Assembly (NCBI GenBank): GCA_963703315.1
Contig: OY969811.1
Coordinates: 3,520,001 to 3,584,000 of the forward strand
From: an uncultured cyanobacterium
GTDB lineage: Bacteria > Cyanobacteriota > Cyanobacteriia > Pseudanabaenales > Pseudanabaenaceae
Length of the DNA: 64,000 bases
Direction of reading: 5' to 3'
Position numbers and translations under genes: made by a program. Of this stretch, positions 20,329 through 29,816 are shown one piece after another. Numbering within the stretch: the stretch's first letter is position 1; each line of letters begins with the position of its first letter. The notes beneath the pieces were generated by a model. That model was not told the origin of the DNA. It did no database searches and worked only from the letters and a program-made list of their open reading frames with translations.

Positions 20329-21413
20329 ATCTAGAGAACAGAGTTTATATTATTGCGGAAGCAGGAGTTAATCATAATGGTTCCCTAGAACTAGCAAAAC
20401 ATTTAGTGGATGTTGCTTTAGAATCTGGTGCTGATGCTATTAAATTCCAAACATTCAAAGCAGAAAAAGTTGTGAGTCAATCTGCACCTAAAGCAGAGTA
20501 TCAAACTCAATTTACCGAGATTTCTGAATCTCAATTGGAAATGATTAAGCGTTTAGAGCTTAGTGAACATAATCATAAAATCCTAATAGACTATTGCAAT
20601 GAGAGAAATATCCAGTTTTTATCTACACCGTTTGATTTAGAAAGCGTTGATTTTTTGTCTTATATCCTCAATTTACCAAAATTGAAACTACCTTCTGGTG
20701 AAATTACCAATGCTCCCCTTCTTTTAAAGGCTGCTCAGACTTTTAAACCAATTATTCTCTCAACGGGTATGAGTACCTTAGGTGAAGTAGAAACTGCATT
20801 AGGAGTACTAGCATTTGGATATACGCAAACTAATGAATTACCATCTATTGCATCATTTCAATCTGCCTATCGATCTGAACTTGGACAACAAGCATTAAAA
20901 GCAAAAGTAACTCTATTACATTGTGTGACAGAGTATCCTACGCCTTTTCATGAGGTTAACCTTAAAGCTATGGATACCTTAAAAGCGGCTTTTGGATTAA
21001 CCGTTGGTTTTTCTGACCACACACTAGGAATTACTATTCCTATAGCGGCTGTGGCTCGCGGTGCGATGGTCATTGAAAAGCACTTTACGCTGGATCGTAA
21101 TTTACCAGGTCCAGATCATCAAGCTTCTTTGGAACCAGATGAGCTAAAAGCTATGGTGCAATCTATTCGTCAAGTAGAATTAGCACTGGGTTCAGGACTA
21201 AAAGCATCTACACCATCAGAATTAAAAAATCAGTCAATAGCACGTAAAAGTCTGGTAGCGTCAGATAATATCAACATTGGTTCTATATTTACTAATGAAA
21301 ATCTAACAACCAAAAGACCAGGAACGGGAATATCTCCAATGTATTATTGGGAATATTTAGGAAAAAAATCGACTAAGTATTACAAGCAAGATGAAATGAT
21401 TAGTGATGGATAA
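20325..21413 (+). CDS. neuB: Nonulosonic acid synthase (NeuB/LegI) with SAF domain
   Basis: IIAEAGVNHNG, KFQTF, LSTPFD, SGEITN, FSDHT, IEKHFTLD, ARKSL, KRPGTG. Confidence 0.93.
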   Translation: MNLENRVYIIAEAGVNHNGSLELAKHLVDVALESGADAIKFQTFKAEKVVSQSAPKAEYQTQFTEISESQLEMIKRLELSEHNHKILIDYCNERNIQFLSTPFDLESVDFLSYILNLPKLKLPSGEITNAPLLLKAAQTFKPIILSTGMSTLGEVETALGVLAFGYTQTNELPSIASFQSAYRSELGQQALKAKVTLLHCVTEYPTPFHEVNLKAMDTLKAAFGLTVGFSDHTLGITIPIAAVARGAMVIEKHFTLDRNLPGPDHQASLEPDELKAMVQSIRQVELALGSGLKASTPSELKNQSIARKSLVASDNINIGSIFTNENLTTKRPGTGISPMYYWEYLGKKSTKYYKQDEMISDG

Positions 21414-21433
21414 TATCGATTTATTAAGTAAAT

Positions 21434-22090
21434 ATGGATTGGATTCAAGAGGTAAGGATGGAAAAATTATTTGTTGGTTATTTAGATAAGTTTTTAAGCT
21501 TATATTTTTCTCAATATCCCAAAGATTTGATTTTTAGCTTATTTCCATATTTTGAATCAATACAAAATATTTTAATTGTAGATATTCAAGCTAAGTACCC
21601 TCAATATGAAAACAATGATTTACTAAAGGCTAATTTATTTCATTTATTGGAACAGGATACAACCATTGAAGCAATTTTTTATTACAGGCTGGAAAGAGCT
21701 ATATTCCTCAATCATCCTGAACATATACTCCTACCTTATTTAGCTAATTTAATGAAAATAAAAACAGGAATTGAACTGTACTACAGTACTGAAATTGGAC
21801 AAGGCTTAAATATTCAGCATGGTATTGGAATTGTCATTGGCGCACGCAATAAAATCGGCAATAATTGTATAATTCACCAAGGAGTAACCATTGGGCAAAG
21901 GAGATTATATTCTCCCCATGAATGTGCTTTTATCGGCAACAATGTCACAATTTTTGCTGGGGCTAAGATTGTTGGCAGCATCAGAATTGGAGATAACGTG
22001 CAGATTGGAGCAAATGCTGTTTTGCTTAATGATGCTGAGCCCAATTCTACTTACGTTGGCATACCAGCTAGAAAATTATTGCCAAGATAA
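21434..22090 (+). CDS. Serine O-acetyltransferase-like hexapeptide acetyltransferase
   Basis: GLNIQHGIGIVIG, IHQGVTIG, GANAV, VGIPAR. Confidence 0.8.
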   Translation: MDWIQEVRMEKLFVGYLDKFLSLYFSQYPKDLIFSLFPYFESIQNILIVDIQAKYPQYENNDLLKANLFHLLEQDTTIEAIFYYRLERAIFLNHPEHILLPYLANLMKIKTGIELYYSTEIGQGLNIQHGIGIVIGARNKIGNNCIIHQGVTIGQRRLYSPHECAFIGNNVTIFAGAKIVGSIRIGDNVQIGANAVLLNDAEPNSTYVGIPARKLLPR

Positions 22091-22115
22091 ATTGTGATGG
22101 AGATTCTTTACTACC

Positions 22116-22751
22116 ATGTCTTTACCAATTGTTATTCTCGGAGCAGGTGGACACAGTAAAGTTTTAATAGATGCTTTACTGAGGCAAAAAGCTGAAATTC
22201 TTGGTATGACTGATTACAAATTAGCAAAAAAAGGTAGGTTAGTTCTAGGGATAGAAGTAATTGGTGATGATTTCATGATTTTAGGTTATAAACCAGATGA
22301 AATTTTTTTGGTGAATGGGCTTGGATCAGTTGGTATTCCCATAAAGCGTAAACATCTATTCTGTAAATTTACAGAATTAGGATACAGGTTCGCAAATGTT
22401 ATTCATCCCGCGACGGTGATTGCTGAGGATGTCCATTTTGGAGAAGGAGTTCAGATTATGGCAGGTGCTGTAATTCAAACAGGTTGCCGCATTGGAGATA
22501 ATTCGATTATTAATACTAAAGCGTCTATAGATCATGACTGTGTGATTGCTGCCCATGTCCATATTGCCCCTGGGGTCACTCTTTCTGGACAAGTAGAAGT
22601 TGAGGAACGTGTGCATATTGGCACTGGTGCAACTATTATTCAAGGAATTCGGATTGGGGAAAATAGTATGATCGCGGCAGGCTCTGTTGTCACGAAAAAT
22701 GTACAAACAGGAATAACAGTTATGGGCGTACCCGCGCGCGAGGTTAATTAA
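22116..22751 (+). CDS. NeuD/PglD-family sugar acetyltransferase (LegH-like role)
   Basis: ILGAGGHSKV, VIHPA, IDHDC, MGVPAR. Confidence 0.88.
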   Translation: MSLPIVILGAGGHSKVLIDALLRQKAEILGMTDYKLAKKGRLVLGIEVIGDDFMILGYKPDEIFLVNGLGSVGIPIKRKHLFCKFTELGYRFANVIHPATVIAEDVHFGEGVQIMAGAVIQTGCRIGDNSIINTKASIDHDCVIAAHVHIAPGVTLSGQVEVEERVHIGTGATIIQGIRIGENSMIAAGSVVTKNVQTGITVMGVPAREVN

Positions 22752-22755
22752 ATTA

Positions 22756-23805
22756 ATGAAAGGTTGGCAAGATACATTAATTACACCAAATCATTCTATT
22801 CACGCAGCAATTCAAAGCATTGATAAAAGTGGATTACAAATTGCTTTAGTGGTCAACGAAAACCGACAACTATTGGGAACAGTCACCGATGGAGATATTC
22901 GCCGCGCCATCCTTAAAGGATTTTCCCTAGAGGATTCTGTTGTTGAGATTATGAACTCTCAACCGATCACTGTAACTGCCACTATTTCTCATTCTGAGAT
23001 CCTAGCAATTATGAGGAATAAGGTTTTACACCAGATTCCTGTAATTGATCACAAAGGCATAGTTGTTGACATCGCTTTGTTAAACACATTACTAGAGACT
23101 ACTCAAAACAATAATTGGGTTATCTTAATGGCAGGAGGACTTGGTTCTCGTTTAGCCCCTTTAACAAATGACTGTCCAAAACCGCTTCTCAAAGTTGGTG
23201 GTAAACCTATTCTAGAAAATATTTTAGAGAGCTTTATTAACGAAGGATTTCACAATTTTTTTATAAGTGTGAATTATAAGTCTCACATGATTGAAGAATA
23301 CTTTGGCGATGGTACAAATTGGGGCGTTGAAATTTGCTATCTACGTGAACAACAGAGTTTAGGAACTGCTGGAAGTTTGGGTTTATTGCCAGATCGACCT
23401 CAGGAATCTTTATTTGTCATGAATGGAGATTTGCTTACGAAAGTTAGCTTTTTGACAATGCTAAATTTTCACCAACAGAATCAAAGTGCTGCAACAATGG
23501 CAGTGCGAGAGTACGACTTTCAGATTCCTTTTGGTGTTGTACGAACTGATTGCAATCGAATTACTGACATTATCGAAAAACCGTCATATAAATTTCATGT
23601 CAACGCAGGTATTTATATTCTAGAACCATCTTGTCTAGATATAATTCCTCCCGAACAATATTATGATATGCCTAGCTTGTTCAAAACCTTAGCAAAACAG
23701 CAGGAAATTGTAATGCCCTTCCTCACATCGGAGTACTGGTTAGATGTAGGTAGAATGGATGATTTTGAGCGTGCAAATGTAGAGTTTTTCGAGGTATTCT
23801 CATGA
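22756..23805 (+). CDS. CBS-domain nucleotidyltransferase (PtmE/LegX-like)
   Basis: TDGDIRR CBS pair; MAGGLGSRL, PKPLL, LGTAG, NGDLLT, YWLDVG. Confidence 0.88.
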   Translation: MKGWQDTLITPNHSIHAAIQSIDKSGLQIALVVNENRQLLGTVTDGDIRRAILKGFSLEDSVVEIMNSQPITVTATISHSEILAIMRNKVLHQIPVIDHKGIVVDIALLNTLLETTQNNNWVILMAGGLGSRLAPLTNDCPKPLLKVGGKPILENILESFINEGFHNFFISVNYKSHMIEEYFGDGTNWGVEICYLREQQSLGTAGSLGLLPDRPQESLFVMNGDLLTKVSFLTMLNFHQQNQSAATMAVREYDFQIPFGVVRTDCNRITDIIEKPSYKFHVNAGIYILEPSCLDIIPPEQYYDMPSLFKTLAKQQEIVMPFLTSEYWLDVGRMDDFERANVEFFEVFS

Positions 23806-24521
23806 TCTATGGAAAAACAGTAATTGCCATTATCCCAGCACGAGGTGGTTCAAAAGGCGTGACTCGGAAGAATATTCGAAATGTTGCGGGGAAACCTCTT
23901 ATTGCATGGACAATCGCTACAGCCCAACAGTCTAAATATATAGATCGCCTCATTCTCTCGTCAGAAGATGAAGAAATAATTCGTATTGCCCAAGCATGGG
24001 GTTGTGAGGTTCCTTTTCGTCGTCCTTCTAACTTAGCTGAAGACTCTACACCAACTATACTTCCAGTCGTCTATACGTTGGAGAAATTAGGTAATAGTAT
24101 TCCTTCCTCATACTATGATTATGTTATTTTGCTTCAGCCAACTTCACCACTACGCAGCACTATAGATATTGACAAATGTATAGAAAAATGTGTTGATAGG
24201 CAAAGCAAAGCTTGTGTTTCAGTCTCAGAAGTAGACCAAAATCCTTATTGGATGTATGTAGTAGATGAAGATAGTCGAATGCGATCGCTAATGCAGTCCG
24301 CAGAGGTAATTCCACGACGACAAGATCTGCCCCTAGTGTATGCACTTAATGGCGCAATTTATGTAGCAAGATGTGATTGGTTAATGCAAACTAAATCATT
24401 TTTGACTGAAGATACAATCGCTTATTTAATGCCACAGGAACGCTCACTAGACATAGATACAGAACTAGATTTAGCTCTTTTAGAAATTATGCTACAGGAT
24501 AAGAAATATGCCACAGTCTGA
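23802..24521 (+). CDS. neuA: CMP-nonulosonic acid synthetase (NeuA/LegF)
   Basis: IPARGGSKG, KNI, LQPTSPLR, RRQDL, NGAIY, SLDIDT. Confidence 0.9.
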   Translation: MIYGKTVIAIIPARGGSKGVTRKNIRNVAGKPLIAWTIATAQQSKYIDRLILSSEDEEIIRIAQAWGCEVPFRRPSNLAEDSTPTILPVVYTLEKLGNSIPSSYYDYVILLQPTSPLRSTIDIDKCIEKCVDRQSKACVSVSEVDQNPYWMYVVDEDSRMRSLMQSAEVIPRRQDLPLVYALNGAIYVARCDWLMQTKSFLTEDTIAYLMPQERSLDIDTELDLALLEIMLQDKKYATV

Positions 24522-25818
24522 ACTATTATCTGAAAATAATTTTGAACCTGTTTTAGAAGCTAAATATGGTCTACCGCTAGAAGTAAAATTTTGCAAATCC
24601 TGCGTTATCTCTAATCAACGTCCTAACTCTGCGGTTGAGTATAGCCATACCAAAGACAGTAAAAAGAAAACCATCCACTTTGATAGCAATGGTATTTGTG
24701 ATGCTTGCCATACTGCTCAGCAAAAAAAGACACAAATTAACTGGCAAGAACGGGAACAAGAGTTAAAAGATTTATGCGATCGCCATCGTAGTCAAGATGG
24801 TTCATATGATTGCATTTTGCCTGGATCTGGAGGGAAAGATAGTTTTTATGCTGCCCATATTCTTAAGTATAAATACAATATGCATCCTCTGACAGTCACT
24901 TGGGCTCCACATAGCTACACAAAATGGGGCTGGGAAAACTTTCAAGCTTGGATTCACGCGGGATTTGATAACTACCTTTGTACACCAAATGGTCGTATTC
25001 ATAGACTCCTAACCCGATTGGCGGTAGAAAATCTTTTTCATCCTTTCCAACCATTCATTATCGGACAGAAAGCATTAGCTCCCAAAATGGCTATATTACA
25101 TAAGATTCCATTAGTTTTTTACGGTGAGAACGAAGCAGAATATGGCAATCCTATCTCTGATAATCAAGGAGCTAAGAGAGATTGGTCTTACTTTACTGCC
25201 GAGGATAGATCAAAAATTTATTTAGGTGGCACTTCAGTGCAGGATCTAGAAAAACATTTTGATGTCCAAGCGAATGACCTGCAACCTTACCTACCTGCTA
25301 ATCCAGAAGAAATAACAAAGCAAGGAGTAGAAGTTCATTACCTTGGCTATTACCTAAAATGGCATCCTCAAAGTTGCTATTACTATGCTGTAGAACATGG
25401 AGGATTTCAGGCTTCGCCCGAACGTACACCTGGAACATACAGCAAATACAATAGCATTGATGACATGATAGATGACTTGCACTATTACACAACTTTTATC
25501 AAGTTTGGCATCGGACGTGCAACCTATGATGCATCTCAAGAAATTCGTTCTGGCGATATCACTCGCGAAGAAGGTATAGCACTTGTCAAACGATTTGATG
25601 GTGAGTTCCCCGAACGATTCATCGATCAAATTTTTCGCTATCTGAGCATTGACTCTAAGGAGTTTCCTAAAGCCTCAACAATGTTCGAGCAAGCAGAAAT
25701 GGATCGCAGCTACTTTATGCAGCTTACTGATCGTTTTCGTTCACCACATCTTTGGCAACAAAAGCATGGAGAATGGAAACTGCGCCATACAGTCTGGTCT
25801 AGTTTAGAAGAGAATTAA
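24508..25818 (+). CDS. N-acetyl sugar amidotransferase (WbuX/PseA/PtmG-like)
   Basis: CKSC..CDAC Zn site, PP-loop SGGKDS, YGENEAEYG, KFGIGRAT, IRSGDITREE. Confidence 0.9.
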   Translation: MPQSELLSENNFEPVLEAKYGLPLEVKFCKSCVISNQRPNSAVEYSHTKDSKKKTIHFDSNGICDACHTAQQKKTQINWQEREQELKDLCDRHRSQDGSYDCILPGSGGKDSFYAAHILKYKYNMHPLTVTWAPHSYTKWGWENFQAWIHAGFDNYLCTPNGRIHRLLTRLAVENLFHPFQPFIIGQKALAPKMAILHKIPLVFYGENEAEYGNPISDNQGAKRDWSYFTAEDRSKIYLGGTSVQDLEKHFDVQANDLQPYLPANPEEITKQGVEVHYLGYYLKWHPQSCYYYAVEHGGFQASPERTPGTYSKYNSIDDMIDDLHYYTTFIKFGIGRATYDASQEIRSGDITREEGIALVKRFDGEFPERFIDQIFRYLSIDSKEFPKASTMFEQAEMDRSYFMQLTDRFRSPHLWQQKHGEWKLRHTVWSSLEEN

Positions 25819-25820
25819 CT

Positions 25821-26579
25821 ATGATTAGTAATCGCCTTATCGCTCGGCTGGATGTGAAAGGAAGCAAACTTATTAAAGGTATTCATCTTGAAGGCTTACG
25901 TGTTATAGGCGATCCACAAGAGTTTGCTCGTCACTATTATGAGGCAGGAGCAGATGAACTGATTTATATGGATGCTGTGGCAAGCCTTTATGGTCGAAAT
26001 AGTTTAACGGAAATCATCAAACATACTGCCCAAAATATTTTTATTCCACTCACTGTCGGAGGAGGGGTGCGTTCTCTTGATGATGTTAAGAAACTTCTAC
26101 GTTATGGGGCAGATAAAATCGCTATTAATACCGCCGCAATGCAACGTCCTGAGCTAATTACTGAAGTTGCTCGTCAGTTTGGTTCTCAGTGTATGGTTCT
26201 TTCTATTGAAGCAAAGGAAATCTCTGATGGTCGATGGGAAGCTTATACTGATAATGGTCGTGAGCATACAGGTGTTGATGTGATAGATTGGGCGCGAAAG
26301 GCAGTTGCTTTGGGCGCAGGTGAAATTTTGCTAACATCTGTAGATCGAGAGGGAACACGAAAGGGATTTGATCTCAAATTAAATCAAGCTGTGGCTGAGA
26401 CTGTATCTGTTCCAGTTATTGCCAGTGGTGGCATGGGTACAATAGAACATATGATCGAGGTAATTGAAGTGGCTAAGGTAAGTGCTATCGCAATGGCAGA
26501 TGTACTGCACTATGATCGTCTTAGTTTGCAAGCAATTCGTAAAGCCGCTATAGATCGAGGAATACACGTCAGATCCTGA
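25821..26579 (+). CDS. HisF-like cyclase paralog (WbuZ-type)
   Basis: RLIARLDVKG, ASLYGRN, TVGGG, TSVDREGT, IASGG; adjacent to the amidotransferase. Confidence 0.88.
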   Translation: MISNRLIARLDVKGSKLIKGIHLEGLRVIGDPQEFARHYYEAGADELIYMDAVASLYGRNSLTEIIKHTAQNIFIPLTVGGGVRSLDDVKKLLRYGADKIAINTAAMQRPELITEVARQFGSQCMVLSIEAKEISDGRWEAYTDNGREHTGVDVIDWARKAVALGAGEILLTSVDREGTRKGFDLKLNQAVAETVSVPVIASGGMGTIEHMIEVIEVAKVSAIAMADVLHYDRLSLQAIRKAAIDRGIHVRS

Positions 26580-26767
26580 TTCACTACTAGAAGACTGTCA
26601 ATCTTAATGTTGTAAGACAATCTACTCCTAAAAAGTTTGACAATCAAGATTTTCAACGTATAGCTACTCTACAAAAGACTCTTGGCGGACTACTACCAAA
26701 AGTGGAGAGGAGGAGGTAAAGTTACAGAAATTGGACTTGAGTAAAAAAGCTACTTTTAGAAGGAATC

Positions 26768-26847
26768 ACTCCGCCGCAAGCAGGCGGGGTATCAATTTTT
26801 TTTACTAGAATATACTCATACCGCAGAGCAGTGGGGTATTTACCCTC
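26768..26847. mobile_element. Possible non-autonomous IS200/IS605-type end remnant
   Basis: Two related GC-rich hairpins (ccgccgcaagcaggcgggg; ccgcagagcagtgggg) in AT-rich spacer, resembling IS200/IS605 subterminal hairpins from memory; no transposase present. Confidence 0.4.
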
Positions 26848-26966
26848 GCAAAATGGTCGCTTCCAACTCCACCCCAATTACCAGTCCAGCGCTCTCAAAA
26901 GAACCATAGAATACACAGATCTAACTGGTAAGAAAATCAGCATTTTCGTATATGTGCTGAGAAAAA

Positions 26967-27016
26967 TTGTTGACAAAGAATTAACTTCTCTCTAGAATTA
27001 ATTCATTTGTCAACAA
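26967..27016. repeat. Inverted repeat upstream of 27065 ORF containing TTGACA
   Basis: ttgttgacaaagaattaa...ttaattcatttgtcaacaa. Confidence 0.6.
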
Positions 27017-27064
27017 AGAATTTATAAAATTTCAAAAAACTTTAGATCGAAACAAGACTCGGAT

Positions 27065-28792
27065 ATGCAAAGGATTGAAGGAATAGATAACATGCAAAGA
27101 AAAGAGATACTAATTTTTAACCCTTATGCCCTTATGCCATTCCATCTTGCAGTTGATTTAGAAATCATAAAGAAGCACCTTGATGCAGGGGATTCCATAA
27201 CAGTTTTGACCTGTGATGAAGATTTATCATCATGTTTTGCTAATCCTTTACATGATTTGTTGACCTGCCAAATTTGTATGGAAAGAAGAACACAAGGATT
27301 TAAGCTATTAGGATTTACAAATGACGTAAAGTTTTTGAATGTAGTATCTTTATCTCAAAATGATGAACAATTATTGGCAACGTTCCCCAAATATGTAAGC
27401 AATCTTCGTGAACTAAAGTCACTAAATATAGAGAGCTTTGATATAGGTTTGTGTGTAGCAGGAGATCTGATTACATATTTGAGAGAGCCATATCCCAACC
27501 CCAAAAAGCATAAAGAGTTTGTCAAGAATAACATCGAATCATCACTGAAAATATATTTGTCTATCAAAAACCATATAAGCAAGATTAAACCTGATAAGAT
27601 ATACGTATTTAACGGCAGGTTCGGGGCAGTACGACCTGTTATAAGAGCAGCACAATTATTGTCAATTGATTTTGATGTTCAAGAAAGAGCGAATGTGCAA
27701 GGCAAGTATTCATTGGTAAATGGTACATATCCTCATGATTTATCAATGTTAAAATCAGTTATTACATCAGCATGGGCTAATTCTAATCTTAAAGAGACTG
27801 ATAAAATTGAGATGGCTTCACAATGGTTTACTGAAAGAAAATCAGGAAAAGAGCAAGCTTGGTACTCTTTCACGCAATCTCAAAATGAGACACCTGATTT
27901 CATAAATAAAGACAAAATAAATATAATAATTTTTAATTCATCACAAGATGAATTTGAAACTATTGAAGGGTGGGAAAATGATGTATATAAAAGCCAAAAT
28001 CAGGGTATTTTTAAACTGGCACATGCTCTTCAGAATGATAAAAGCATAGATGTGTATCTGAGGATACACCCAAACTTACGCCATGTGAATAATAGTCAAA
28101 CGAAGCCTCTTTCCAGACTAAAAAATCGATACCAAAATTTTCATGTGATTGATGCTGATAGTCCTGTTAATTCCTATAAATTAATGGATATCGCAGACTG
28201 TATTATTACATTTGGCTCAACTATGGGAATTGAAGCTGCATTTTTTAAGAAGCCTTCATTATTGGTTGGACGTTCTTACTATGAACATCTTGATGCTTGT
28301 ACAATTATCCAATCCCATCAAGAGCTACTAGACATTATCATAAATAAGAAGTTCAGGTTGCCTGACAAAATCAAAGACAGGAGGAAGTACAATGCAAGTA
28401 AATATGGTTTTTATATGCAAACAGATGGAATTAATTTTGAAATTTTCAAACAAGACGGCGTTGAAAGAATGATTTTCAAAGATGGAAAGACACTTGAGGA
28501 ATTTCCATCTCATTTGCAGATAGTTCTATCTCAATTTCAGATAATTCTATCCCAATTACAACAATCTCAATCCCAATTACAACAATCTCAATCCCAATTA
28601 CAACAATCTCAATCCCAATTACAACAATCTCAAGACGACTATCAAAGATTGCAATTTGAATATCATAGTTTAACTCAATTAGCACAACAAACACTAATTG
28701 AAATCAATGCGATAAAAAGCAGTAAATTTTGGAAGATGCGCTTATTATGGGTTAAACTTAAAAATGTTTCTACACTAACAACTAAGCAGTAA
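27065..28792 (+). CDS. Capsule_synth (KpsS/KpsC/LipB-like) glycosyltransferase with C-terminal coiled coil (alternative start 27092)
   Basis: VFNGRF, FNSSQDE, LRIHPN, GSTMGIEAA, GRSYY; (SQLQQSQ)n tail then SSKFWKMR. Confidence 0.7.
   Translation: MQRIEGIDNMQRKEILIFNPYALMPFHLAVDLEIIKKHLDAGDSITVLTCDEDLSSCFANPLHDLLTCQICMERRTQGFKLLGFTNDVKFLNVVSLSQNDEQLLATFPKYVSNLRELKSLNIESFDIGLCVAGDLITYLREPYPNPKKHKEFVKNNIESSLKIYLSIKNHISKIKPDKIYVFNGRFGAVRPVIRAAQLLSIDFDVQERANVQGKYSLVNGTYPHDLSMLKSVITSAWANSNLKETDKIEMASQWFTERKSGKEQAWYSFTQSQNETPDFINKDKINIIIFNSSQDEFETIEGWENDVYKSQNQGIFKLAHALQNDKSIDVYLRIHPNLRHVNNSQTKPLSRLKNRYQNFHVIDADSPVNSYKLMDIADCIITFGSTMGIEAAFFKKPSLLVGRSYYEHLDACTIIQSHQELLDIIINKKFRLPDKIKDRRKYNASKYGFYMQTDGINFEIFKQDGVERMIFKDGKTLEEFPSHLQIVLSQFQIILSQLQQSQSQLQQSQSQLQQSQSQLQQSQDDYQRLQFEYHSLTQLAQQTLIEINAIKSSKFWKMRLLWVKLKNVSTLTTKQ
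28550..28633 (+). repeat. Four perfect 21-bp tandem repeats encoding SQLQQSQ heptads
   Basis: tcccaattacaacaatctcaa x4, preceded by two degenerate 21-mers at 28508-28549. Confidence 0.95.
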
Positions 28793-28802
28793 CTAAGCCA
28801 GT

Positions 28803-29732
28803 ATGAAAATATCAATTATTACAGTCTGCTATAATTCAGCCAATTGGATCAAACAATCAATTGAAAGCGTTATCAATCAAGACTACAAAGATATTGAATA
28901 CATAATTATTGATGGTAACTCCCAAGATGACACAAAGAAAATCATAGAAAATTATTCAGATAGGATTACTAGATTTATTAGTGAGCCTGATCATGGCATT
29001 TACAATGCTATGAATAAAGGAATTAAGATAGCGTCAGGAGACTATATCTATTTCTTAGGGTCAGATGATTATTTGATAGACAATCAAGTGATATCAAATG
29101 CAGTTGATTTCATTAATAAGAACCCTAAATACGAATTTATTTATGGAAATATCGAAGTGCGTTCTAGTAAAGCTCCTGCCTATATTCATAAACCTTCAAG
29201 TCCCGCATACGTTTTAGAAGAACTGATTTGTGGATGTCTTCCTCACCAAGCAAGTTTAGCTCACTCAAGTCTTTTCTGTGATCAAAAGATTGGGTTATTC
29301 AGTGAAAGATACAAATCAGCATCAGACTATGGGTGGTTTGTTAAACTAGCTGAATTTGCGACTAAAACTGGAAATGAACTGGGCTATTACGATAGGGTAT
29401 TTGCTTCCTATAACGCTGAAGGAACTTCGAGTGACATAGAAAATGCTTTGACGGAAATGTTTGACATACAGAATAATGCACCAATATATCAAGAAGATAG
29501 TTGGTTGCGATTTAGGATTGATAGGTATCAAAAAATATTAATTAGTCCTAATGGTCATTGGGGAATTAATAGAACAAAAATAGACAATAATCAAATTAAT
29601 GATTTACAAAAAACAATTGTTTGTTTACAAGAAGAAACATCTAAATCGCAGGCTCAAATTGAGGCTATGAAAAGCAGTAAATTTTGGAAATTAAGAACTT
29701 TGTGGTTCAAGTTTAGAAGAAAAACAACCTAA
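28803..29732 (+). CDS. GT2 family glycosyltransferase
   Basis: [46 protein letters not shown] tail. Confidence 0.9.
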   Translation: MKISIITVCYNSANWIKQSIESVINQDYKDIEYIIIDGNSQDDTKKIIENYSDRITRFISEPDHGIYNAMNKGIKIASGDYIYFLGSDDYLIDNQVISNAVDFINKNPKYEFIYGNIEVRSSKAPAYIHKPSSPAYVLEELICGCLPHQASLAHSSLFCDQKIGLFSERYKSASDYGWFVKLAEFATKTGNELGYYDRVFASYNAEGTSSDIENALTEMFDIQNNAPIYQEDSWLRFRIDRYQKILISPNGHWGINRTKIDNNQINDLQKTIVCLQEETSKSQAQIEAMKSSKFWKLRTLWFKFRRKTT

Positions 29733-29816
29733 TATACCTATCTGCATTCATGTGTTTCACACATTTCAACAAAGAATATTTTTAAGTATATATCTATCTA
29801 AATCACTAACAACAAA

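Noticed and set aside
25821..26579. Housekeeping hisF
   Set aside because: The divergent N-terminus (RLIARLDVK) and position beside a WbuX-like gene indicate the glycan-modification paralog.
28550..28633. 21-bp repeats as a CRISPR array
   Set aside because: No spacers; this is an in-frame coding repeat.
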